Shown here one piece after another: positions 1 to 6,942 of a stretch of 57,049 nucleotides of DNA. A program made the translations under genes and the position numbers. The notes beneath the pieces were generated by a model, which was not told the origin of the DNA, ran no database searches, and saw nothing but the letters and a program-made list of their open reading frames with translations. Position 1 is the stretch's first letter. Each line of letters begins with the position of its first letter. This DNA is from a virus (Duplodnaviria > Caudoviricetes). The stretch lies in IMG/VR virus record IMGVR_UViG_3300025048_000003, positions 1-57,049 of that record; one strand, given 5' to 3'.

Positions 1-152
1 TAGGGGACGTGTCATCGCTATGTTGCGGGGAGGGTGTACATCTCAACCTGCACACCCTCACCTACCTTGATTCGTTGTACCCACAAGGTGTCGGGCAGCC
101 TCGCTTTTATAGTCTTGGCTACATCTCGCAAGGCAATTGATGTAGCTGATTG

Positions 153-545
153 TTATGACAGGAAGTCAGTGATTCTGTCCTGTGCATTCTCGATGCGTTC
201 CTCTTGCATATCATGAGCAGACCGCATCTTTTTTGAAAACCACAACTTGAATTCCATCATATCCTCACCATGACAACCCCATGAGCCATTCTTGATGACG
301 CTTCTGCGGTGTCCGTTTTGATCGTACATTACGAGGAAGGCATATATATATGGAGCGCATCTTGCAAAGCCATCTTCGATTCGATACTCGATAGCTATCT
401 TGACTTGCCTCTTTCCGAACTCATTGCGGTGAGGCAGTAAGGTGCTTGTGAGTATGGACTTGTGATTGTCGGGGTTGATTCCGATTACTTCCAGTCTGTC
501 CCATGCACCCAGCAAGTGGGTCAATGTGTTGTGTGTACATTTCAT
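153..545 (-). CDS. hypothetical early protein
   Basis: ORF track 153..584. Start moved to ATG at 545 because the longer start overlaps the promoter at 582-613. Confidence 0.6.
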   Translation of the reverse strand: MKCTHNTLTHLLGAWDRLEVIGINPDNHKSILTSTLLPHRNEFGKRQVKIAIEYRIEDGFARCAPYIYAFLVMYDQNGHRRSVIKNGSWGCHGEDMMEFKLWFSKKMRSAHDMQEERIENAQDRITDFLS

Positions 546-581
546 GTAATTGAGATTTTGATTTTGACGTTGTTGTCGATA

Positions 582-613
582 CAAAGATAAGGGACAGAAT
601 CCATTAATCCAAA
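582..613 (-). promoter_or_regulatory. Bacteroidota sigma-A-type promoter
   Basis: Minus strand reads TTTG-N20-TATCTTTG, matching the -33 TTTG / -7 TAnnTTTG consensus. Confidence 0.8.
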
Positions 614-621
614 TTTATTTT

Positions 622-882
622 CTAAGCCGCTGATTCTGAGGGGATTACAACCACTCCATCAACTTGGTCTGAGTAACACCAGTGTCCGTTGTTCAGGGTC
701 AGTACGTAATGCTCATCCAAGTTCACGCTCTCAACCTCATCCCCGTATTTCTCGCGAGGGTATTCCGTGCGCTCTACGCCTGTGACTACTGCAATTTTCT
801 GTGGGTCAGAGCCGAAGCCCCCACGATACACTACCTGTGTACCCTTGCGGATTATCCGCTTGTTCATAAACTTTGTTTTCAT
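622..882 (-). CDS. hypothetical protein
   Basis: 86 aa ORF; its start overlaps the stop of the upstream gene. Confidence 0.65.
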   Translation of the reverse strand: MKTKFMNKRIIRKGTQVVYRGGFGSDPQKIAVVTGVERTEYPREKYGDEVESVNLDEHYVLTLNNGHWCYSDQVDGVVVIPSESAA

Positions 883-1052
883 TGTTCTATTTTCTTACCT
901 GTTTTCGTATTCACCCATCCAACGCCCTCGACCCACTCCTCATCTGCATACAAGATTTGCTCTAACTCGTCGATAGTCATCTCGTAGAACTGCTCTTTCG
1001 TCATGTTCATTTCATCCCCGTAGGTCTTATACATCGTATCCCATACACTCAT
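879..1052 (-). CDS. hypothetical acidic protein (MSVWDTMYK...)
   Basis: Part of ORF 879..1136. ATG at 1052 is ATGA-coupled to the stop of the small ORF 1049..1195. Confidence 0.6.
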   Translation of the reverse strand: MSVWDTMYKTYGDEMNMTKEQFYEMTIDELEQILYADEEWVEGVGWVNTKTGKKIEQ

Positions 1053-1195
1053 TGTGACATCATTAAAAATGGATTTAAAAACTTGTTTGGTTTGGGTCGC
1101 TCCTCTACGGGATCGACGGGTATCTCGCCTCTGCATTGCGCAGTAAAGCGATTGAGGACAGCCTTGAGGAATACAGAGTATTCAGCGTCTGTCAT
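1049..1195 (-). CDS. small hypothetical protein, 48 aa (MTDAEYSVFLKAVLNRF...)
   Basis: Read by hand, below the ORF-track cutoff. Fills the gap and is ATGA-coupled to the next gene. Confidence 0.55.
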   Translation of the reverse strand: MTDAEYSVFLKAVLNRFTAQCRGEIPVDPVEERPKPNKFLNPFLMMSQ

Positions 1196-1208
1196 ATCGT
1201 GCTTGTAT

Positions 1209-1484
1209 TCAGGCTTCTTCATGAGACAATAAAATTGATTTGATTTTAGGACTCATCCTGTCGAGCATGGACTCAGCCACGCTAGTTTCAGCGTTATCCA
1301 AGTCTTCGAGGTATCCGAGTTGGTCAACCTCTCCATCATCGCCAACCTCAGGTTCAAAGTAAGCCGCTTCGTAAACAGCCTCATCAAAGGCATCACGCAG
1401 CTCGTCATTTCCTACAGGTCTGCCTGCTTCCTTGTATGAGCATAGCATATAGAACTTCTTTTCTTCAGGCTTCTGCATTGTCAT
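1209..1484 (-). CDS. hypothetical acidic protein
   Basis: 91 aa ORF in a tightly packed minus-strand operon. Confidence 0.6.
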   Translation of the reverse strand: MTMQKPEEKKFYMLCSYKEAGRPVGNDELRDAFDEAVYEAAYFEPEVGDDGEVDQLGYLEDLDNAETSVAESMLDRMSPKIKSILLSHEEA

Positions 1485-1896
1485 TATCTTTTTCTATGAA
1501 AACACTTTTTCTTTCATCTACATCGTAGTAGGCATCTTCGTTGCGCTCTACACACAAAGCATAGGCAGAACGAGAGGTAGCAACTTTCTCCGACACATCG
1601 AAGACGATGCAGTCATTGTCAATCCAAGTGCCTACGGCATATGAGACCCCACTAAGTCTGGATTCCTTGATTAGCTTGCGCACTTCGACTGCATACTTGT
1701 GCCAGATGGTGTGGAACGTGTTGGCATCGCAGATATCCAAAGGGATTTTGGTTTCTCCTGACAGACCGCCTACCATGAAGCCCTTATAAGGGACTTCAAA
1801 GTCGTATCCGTCTGATGTGAGTAGGGATGAGCCACCATCCATGAGGGTTCTGCCATAGGCAAGGCGAACAGCGTGTGTTGAGAACATTGTATTCAT
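1465..1896 (-). CDS. hypothetical protein
   Basis: ORF track 1465..1959. Start moved to ATG 1896, after the AT-rich leader and outside the tRNA-like element. Confidence 0.65.
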   Translation of the reverse strand: MNTMFSTHAVRLAYGRTLMDGGSSLLTSDGYDFEVPYKGFMVGGLSGETKIPLDICDANTFHTIWHKYAVEVRKLIKESRLSGVSYAVGTWIDNDCIVFDVSEKVATSRSAYALCVERNEDAYYDVDERKSVFIEKDNDNAEA

Positions 1897-1919
1897 ATTG
1901 AATAGATTAAAAAAATTAG

Positions 1920-2000
1920 AGCGGCTCAGGGACTCGAACCCTGCGACACTGACCTCCATCCCTGTTCCCCTCGCGATGGGTACTTAGGTAGGTAGCCGCT
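1920..2000 (-). ncRNA. tRNA-like RNA (acceptor stem and T-arm, no canonical D or anticodon arm)
   Basis: Perfect 7-bp acceptor stem AGCGGCT/AGCCGCT abutting a canonical T-arm CAGGG-TTCGAGT-CCCTG. The middle 50 nt fold as ACCT/AGGT plus CCATC/GATGG. Confidence 0.7.
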
Positions 2001-2012
2001 GATAGTGATAAG

Positions 2013-2375
2013 TTACTCGACTACATCGAGCCATTTAGAGTAAGGGAAGTTGTTTCCCCCAAGCAGGTAGATGCAGTACGAACCATTGCGGCTTTCGTAA
2101 ACTGGCTGTCCTTCGAAACTGAATTCAGTTTCTGTGCCTACCCACACCGCATACTCGTCCCCTGTTCGAGGGGAGATAGCTTTGATGTACTTACTACCAG
2201 AGGTAGTCTTGAACACTTTGAAGGGTTCTTCCTGAACCACAAGGTTCTCGTCTGCGTCGATCCCGCTTGACGTGTCGAAGCTTACACCATTGCCACCGAT
2301 GGTTTTTGCTTGGAAGGTTTGACCAAAGGTTGCAGACGCCATTGAGATGGCAAGGATGAAAAAGAAGTTTTTCAT
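2013..2375 (-). CDS. putative exported protein with Sec signal peptide
   Basis: N-terminus MKNFFFILAISMASATFG-Q is a Bacteroidota-style signal peptide followed by Gln. Confidence 0.75.
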   Translation of the reverse strand: MKNFFFILAISMASATFGQTFQAKTIGGNGVSFDTSSGIDADENLVVQEEPFKVFKTTSGSKYIKAISPRTGDEYAVWVGTETEFSFEGQPVYESRNGSYCIYLLGGNNFPYSKWLDVVE

Positions 2376-2395
2376 AATAAAGAAATAAATAAATT

Positions 2396-2448
2396 GAAAC
2401 TGACACTACTATGTAGTGTTTCGCCTACTTAAGGCTCATCAGAGTTCC
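2396..2448 (-). ncRNA. type I hammerhead ribozyme
   Basis: Minus strand: GGAACU-CUGAUGA-GCCU(UAAGU)AGGC-GAA-ACACUAC(AUA)GUAGUGU-C-AGUUUC. All core nucleotides, three stems and a GUC cleavage triplet are present. Confidence 0.92.
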
Positions 2449-2582
2449 TAACCTGCGGACTCATCGTCATCATCCGCTTGAGTGATTGTTTGCTTTTCCC
2501 CTTCAGGGGAGGAATCGTCCTCAAATTGAGCCGAACATAGGGATGCTATCGCAAGGGCACCCATCAGTAGTAACGCTCTCAT
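2448..2582 (-). CDS. 44 aa signal-peptide microprotein with acidic tail (MRALLLMGALAIASLCSA-QFEDDSS...DDDDESAG)
   Basis: Read by hand. ATGA-coupled to the upstream ORF; its stop abuts the hammerhead. Confidence 0.6.
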   Translation of the reverse strand: MRALLLMGALAIASLCSAQFEDDSSPEGEKQTITQADDDDESAG

Positions 2583-2746
2583 TTGGAGGAGGAGTTTACG
2601 AGGTCTTCAAGGCGCATCTGCTCATCGCAGGAGAGTGCATCGAAGCTTGCAGTGCAAGTGAATGCAGAGCCAAGGAGTTGAACATCGTTGAAGAGAGCCG
2701 AAGCCATTTGCGCTTTTTTGCGCTGTGTATCTGTGCTGTTATGCAT
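2579..2746 (-). CDS. small hypothetical protein (MHNSTDTQRK...)
   Basis: 3' part of ORF 2579..3055. ATG at 2746 lies downstream of the promoter at 2784-2815. Confidence 0.55.
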   Translation of the reverse strand: MHNSTDTQRKKAQMASALFNDVQLLGSAFTCTASFDALSCDEQMRLEDLVNSSSK

Positions 2747-2783
2747 AGGATTGAGATTTTGAAGTTGGCTGAATTGCCGATTG

Positions 2784-2815
2784 CAAAGATATAACAAACT
2801 TTTCGTTATTCCAAA
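2784..2815 (-). promoter_or_regulatory. Bacteroidota sigma-A-type promoter
   Basis: Minus strand TTTG-N20-TATCTTTG. Confidence 0.8.
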
Positions 2816-2840
2816 TTTAATTTTATACCCTTTAGGGTAG

Positions 2841-3083
2841 TTAGTCGATGAAGAGAGTATCGTAATGAGGCATATCCGCAGTCCAGCGGACAGCATGATG
2901 CGCCTCCTCCACGGGATCGAACACGTAGTCGCTCGAAGGAACTTCCTTGAGGAGACACCATTCACTCCCATCTTTGAGGAGTTGCCCAGCCGCCCAACTC
3001 TGGGCGTCTGACAAGCACGGAAAGCACATTTTAGTGCGGAATTCTGATTCCCCAAGGGGGAAGATAAAAGAGTAAATTGACAT
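2841..3083 (-). CDS. hypothetical protein
   Basis: 80 aa ORF with an AT-rich leader. Confidence 0.6.
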   Translation of the reverse strand: MSIYSFIFPLGESEFRTKMCFPCLSDAQSWAAGQLLKDGSEWCLLKEVPSSDYVFDPVEEAHHAVRWTADMPHYDTLFID

Positions 3084-3133
3084 AAATCTATGATTTAAAG
3101 GGTTTAATAACTAATGAAGTGATAACTACGTTA

Positions 3134-3910
3134 TCAGAATGGAGCAGTGTCAGCAATCAAAGCTTCAGCTTCAAGGCGGGCAGCCTCTATCTGAGCGGAG
3201 CGGAGTCGAGCCATGCACTCTTCGACAGTCTCACCCTCTAAGAGGGTCATTTTCATGAACTCCTTCTTACGAACCTTTGGTTCGACTACCTCGACTTCCT
3301 TACGAGGCTCGAAGGGCATAGCTTGACTACCGTCAAGAGCAACAGCTTTTGTCTTTTTGGCTTTGCCAATTCCGATGCCGTCCTTAGCTTGAGTTAACTC
3401 AAGACCAGCTTCTGACGTCCTCTTAGGACGACGGACAGCCTTTGACTTACTCTTCTTCGAAGAGCGTCTCTCTGCTGAAAGCAGAGCAAACAACTCCTTG
3501 TTTAGAACGGAACGTTCTGCTCTCTTCATCTTCTTACCAGAAGATAGAAGGGCTTCGATTTCAGCCTTCCGCCCCGTCTTCTTCGAAGACTTAGAAGCCT
3601 TCGGCTTTGGAGACTTGGCTTTTAAGCCAAGAGCATCGGCAATCTCCTTATGACTTACAGTCATAGACTCCGACTTCGAAGCCTTTGGCTTCTTAGTAGC
3701 CTTCGGCTTGGATTTGGACTTTGACTTAGAAGCCTTTGGCTTCTTAGCCTCTTCCTTCGGAACTTCGATGGACTGAAGGAACTGAACAAGTTCAGTAACT
3801 TGGAGTCGGCAGTTTGCCAACTTGCTCTCCGTTGGAGAGTAAACAAAGCTGTTTACAGCTTTCTTGAGGTCTTTCAGCATAGCTGATTTGTTTTCTAATG
3901 TCTTCGACAT
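3134..3910 (-). CDS. Lys/Ser/Ala-rich, histone-H1-like basic protein
   Basis: Repeated KPKASKS / KPKATKK motifs. First gene of the leftward operon. Confidence 0.7.
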   Translation of the reverse strand: MSKTLENKSAMLKDLKKAVNSFVYSPTESKLANCRLQVTELVQFLQSIEVPKEEAKKPKASKSKSKSKPKATKKPKASKSESMTVSHKEIADALGLKAKSPKPKASKSSKKTGRKAEIEALLSSGKKMKRAERSVLNKELFALLSAERRSSKKSKSKAVRRPKRTSEAGLELTQAKDGIGIGKAKKTKAVALDGSQAMPFEPRKEVEVVEPKVRKKEFMKMTLLEGETVEECMARLRSAQIEAARLEAEALIADTAPF

Positions 3911-3961
3911 TGTTGAGAGATTTAGATTTTCCTAAGTTGGCTGACTTCCAAAACCGACTTA

Positions 3962-4356
3962 AGAGATAAAGAGTAAATGAAGAAGTCATAAGACTCCTTC
4001 TTCATATACTCTATCTCTACTCCATTCAACCTACGGTATTAGCAAGCTAATACTCACGCCTTGACTACCAAGACACGATCCCTTTAGGGATTCAATGCGT
4101 TGGAGGAAAGCCATCAGTTTCAGCCTCTTGAGCATCTCTTCAAGAAGAGATAGTTAACCTTCAGTATTGAAGGTTGTTATCTAACCTAAGAGGTTAGGGG
4201 GAGGATTGACAGCGGTTCCTCTTGAACTACGTAGTAGTTTAGCTTCAAGCTGTTTCTAACCAATCGGTCTTATTCCTTTGATTAGTAGTTAGTTAACTAC
4301 AATCAACTCTTAACTTCGTAGAAGTTAGCTACTGACTTGGTTAGCCTAAAGGCTAA
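3962..4356. repeat. array of short inverted repeats (mini-hairpins)
   Basis: About 10 perfect 5-8 bp inverted repeats with 1-4 nt loops, plus one long imperfect hairpin at 3962-4018. Confidence 0.85.
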
Positions 4357-4526
4357 AAGTTCTGGCTAAAACCCCCTTGCATTATGCCTACGGGGTTTAC
4401 GAGATTGATTTCGGGTTCGAAGACACAACGTTAGTACGTATATAAGAATCCCCAAACTCTGTATTACACAGGAGTTTTTTGGCGATCTCATTTTTCGCCG
4501 CTTCTTGCGGTGACTTACGAACAGAG

Positions 4527-4535
4527 TTATCCACA
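4527..4535 (+). promoter_or_regulatory. consensus DnaA box TTATCCACA
   Basis: Exact match to the canonical 9-mer, in the largest non-coding region at the strand-divergence point. Confidence 0.5.
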
Positions 4536-4608
4536 AACCACCTCTCTATACTGGTTAAAAGGCTGTTACATAGAGGCTTAGGGGGTTTCATTAAAGCGTA
4601 TTGCTGAC

Positions 4609-4639
4609 TTGACTTTCTAAGAAAAAAGTTGTAACTTCG
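4609..4639 (+). promoter_or_regulatory. putative rightward promoter
   Basis: TTG-N20-TAACTTCG, one mismatch from TAnnTTTG. Confidence 0.55.
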
Positions 4640-4780
4640 CCAAAGCTATTCAGCGATAAAGCTTCATAGATGTTTTAAACCTAAGAGGCTGTCTTTAGGA
4701 TTACTTAAGTAAGTAATAAAACAGTAGCTACGTAGCGTCACTCAAACCAATTAAGTTGTAAAGGCGCAAAAACTGTACAC

Positions 4781-5044
4781 ATGGGAATATTAATAGGCTT
4801 GGCAGTGGGAGTGATCTACTGTGTTATAGGACGGGTATTCATCAAGCTTTCTAAGTTCTCTCTAGGTGCGGGATCCATAGGTGTTATTTCCTTGGGGGTT
4901 TTATCTAGGGTTATGTTTGGTGTGTTTGCTACTGTGGGGGTGATAGGGTTATTAGAACTAGATAAAGGACAGCTTCTTTCTTACTGCTTAGTACTGATGT
5001 TTATGAGCAGCGTTGTTCACCCTATTTTATCTATTAGGGAGTAA
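4781..5044 (+). CDS. small multi-pass membrane protein
   Basis: 87 aa with about three hydrophobic segments. Confidence 0.55.
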   Translation: MGILIGLAVGVIYCVIGRVFIKLSKFSLGAGSIGVISLGVLSRVMFGVFATVGVIGLLELDKGQLLSYCLVLMFMSSVVHPILSIRE

Positions 5045-5057
5045 CTATATTTGTAGT

Positions 5058-5261
5058 ATGAAGCCCATAAGAAGAAAAGCTCGACAGCTTGCTCGCCACG
5101 CAGTAGAAAGACGAAAGTTTATTGCCAAGCAATTAAAGAGAGACAAGGATCCTGGAGCCAAAGAATCAATGAAGGACATGAGGGCAGACAGGAAGAGAAT
5201 TAAGAAGAGCTATATACAGACTCGTAAGGATATCAAGAAATATATCAAATCTAAAAAGTAG
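5058..5261 (+). CDS. small basic protein (MKPIRRKARQ...)
   Basis: ATG follows TATATTTG (5046-5053) after a 4-nt spacer. Very K/R-rich. Confidence 0.65.
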   Translation: MKPIRRKARQLARHAVERRKFIAKQLKRDKDPGAKESMKDMRADRKRIKKSYIQTRKDIKKYIKSKK

Positions 5262-5273
5262 TATATTTGCTTT

Positions 5274-5909
5274 ATGAGACCGACTAATAAAAAAGAACTA
5301 GGCTTGGCCAAGTCTGCTAAAGGAGGGCAGGGAGCTTCACGAATAGAGGACCTGCTAGAAAAGCTTTCTGATTACAAGAGAAGCCAGTACGGAGACAAGT
5401 ACAAAGCGGGTGGTAAGTTTCCAGATCTAACTGGTGACGGAAAGGTCACTATGGCTGACATTCTTAAAGGTAGAGGAGTTAAGTCTGATGATTTCGAACA
5501 AGGCGGCGAAGTAAAAGGCGATGGATACAGCATTAAGATCGCAGGACAATACGCTGTAGGGTCTATTAAAACCATTCCTGATTCTGGTCAACAGTACGTT
5601 TCAATGGAGCTACCTGACGGAAAGGTTGTGCCTGTGTTCGGAGACTGGGAGAGCTATGGTAATCCTAACAGAGAAGGATTGATTGAAGACATGGATTATA
5701 GGATCTTCCCATTGGGAGACGGAACCTATTCACTAGATACTGGGGAGATGGAGAGCGAAATGAGCAGGGACGACAGCAGAAAAGTTGCTATGGAAGCCCA
5801 GGGTGGCCAAGGAGCTTCACGAATGGAAGACCTTATGGAAAAACTAAGTGACTACAAGGGAATGGGAATGACGCCAAGCGGAAGAATGAGGCCATATAAG
5901 CGACAATGA
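5274..5909 (+). CDS. hypothetical protein with internal repeat and EF-hand/dockerin-like loop
   Basis: GGQGASR[IM]EDL[LM]EKLSDYK occurs twice; DLTGDGKVTMAD loop. Confidence 0.75.
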   Translation: MRPTNKKELGLAKSAKGGQGASRIEDLLEKLSDYKRSQYGDKYKAGGKFPDLTGDGKVTMADILKGRGVKSDDFEQGGEVKGDGYSIKIAGQYAVGSIKTIPDSGQQYVSMELPDGKVVPVFGDWESYGNPNREGLIEDMDYRIFPLGDGTYSLDTGEMESEMSRDDSRKVAMEAQGGQGASRMEDLMEKLSDYKGMGMTPSGRMRPYKRQ

Positions 5910-6166
5910 GAAAAGTAACAGACCCTAAAAAGAAAGCAACAGGGGCTGAAAAGAAAGAAACGGTCGCTAACAAGAATCTTTCCGCTTATTCTGGATGGAC
6001 GACTGAAGCGCCGACGGCTCAAGAAGCTATTTCATTAGCCAGGAGAAAGGCTTTAGTCACGACAGACAAGTTAGGTCCATCAACTTTTAAGGCTAAACAC
6101 AAGCTAGTTGCTATTACAGATCCAAAGACAAAGAAAACCTTTTATAGGGTTTACTCTAACAGGTAG
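5906..6166 (+). CDS. small basic hypothetical protein
   Basis: 86 aa ORF, ATGA-coupled. Confidence 0.65.
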   Translation: MRKVTDPKKKATGAEKKETVANKNLSAYSGWTTEAPTAQEAISLARRKALVTTDKLGPSTFKAKHKLVAITDPKTKKTFYRVYSNR

Positions 6167-6255
6167 TGGGTAGTAAAAACTATTTCAATCCGAGGCTTAA
6201 ATTGCAGAGAAAAATAAATTATGATTCCAAAAAAAAAAGAACGGATAAAGCCTAG
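6166..6255 (+). CDS. micro-ORF copy 1 (MGSKNYFNPRLKLQRKINYDSKKKRTDKA)
   Basis: GTG start overlaps the upstream TAG. Paralogous to 6784..6942 with only synonymous differences over codons 2-12. Confidence 0.5.
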   Translation: MGSKNYFNPRLKLQRKINYDSKKKRTDKA

Positions 6256-6784
6256 GTATACTGAAGCTAAGGACAGAGAGGAATCCCCAGAGGAAAGACT
6301 TTCTGGCGCTTTAAGGAGTCAAGGGAGAAAACCCCAGGATTTGCTTTATATGCTTGAGTCTATGCGATCACCGACCGCTGTAGAGAGAAGAACCGAAATG
6401 TTTGACCCTAGCGCCAGATTTTCCCCTAGAGGAAGGGCTTTTGATCAAAACGGATCTGTAAGATATCAGGCTCCCTCTGAGACTGAAGGCGAGTATAGAA
6501 CCCAAGGTGTTATTCCCAGTAAGGGAGACGTTTCAGAAATTACTGGAGGCAGAGGAGAGACTAGCTCTAGAGGTCAGATACAAGTTGCAAAGATGCTGCG
6601 CGACCCAGCCGTTATGAGATATTTTATGGATCTATATGAAAAGGCGGGAGAGCAAAGAGCAGGCGGAGCAGCTACTTTAAGTAGTAACAAAAAGTCTTTA
6701 CTTGGGTCCATACTTGAATGCCTTCCAGATAAAGAGGGTAAAGTCCCTGCTAGTTGTAAAGGTCCCAAAGCCGCTTACAATTAA
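6221..6784 (+). CDS. hypothetical protein
   Basis: 187 aa ORF with an A-rich leader. Confidence 0.7.
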   Translation: MIPKKKERIKPRYTEAKDREESPEERLSGALRSQGRKPQDLLYMLESMRSPTAVERRTEMFDPSARFSPRGRAFDQNGSVRYQAPSETEGEYRTQGVIPSKGDVSEITGGRGETSSRGQIQVAKMLRDPAVMRYFMDLYEKAGEQRAGGAATLSSNKKSLLGSILECLPDKEGKVPASCKGPKAAYN

Positions 6785-6942
6785 TGGGTAGTAAAAACTA
6801 CTTTAATCCTCGGCTCAAAAGAATTAACCCTGCATCTGTTGCGGAAAAAAATAAATTTAATGAGGCTAAGCAAAAACCTAACACTCAGGGAAGCGGTAAA
6901 GTCAAACACAGCCACCCGTCTGGGAATAGACAACAGACCTGA
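6784..6942 (+). CDS. micro-ORF copy 2 (MGSKNYFNPRLKRINPASVAEK...)
   Basis: ATG overlaps the upstream TAA; runs out of frame into the endolysin start. Confidence 0.5.
   Translation: MGSKNYFNPRLKRINPASVAEKNKFNEAKQKPNTQGSGKVKHSHPSGNRQQT

Noticed and set aside
2455-2477. GCGGA-UGAUGACGAUGAG-UCCGC as a second hammerhead
   Set aside because: It lacks the GAAA and stem III elements and is explained by Asp/Glu codons of the 44-aa ORF.
3962-4356. Hairpin array as a CRISPR array
   Set aside because: The stems differ in sequence, there is no constant repeat-spacer period, and no cas genes are present.
4397-4591. 64-aa minus-strand ORF in the divergence region
   Set aside because: No motif or operon context, and it overlaps hairpins and the DnaA box.
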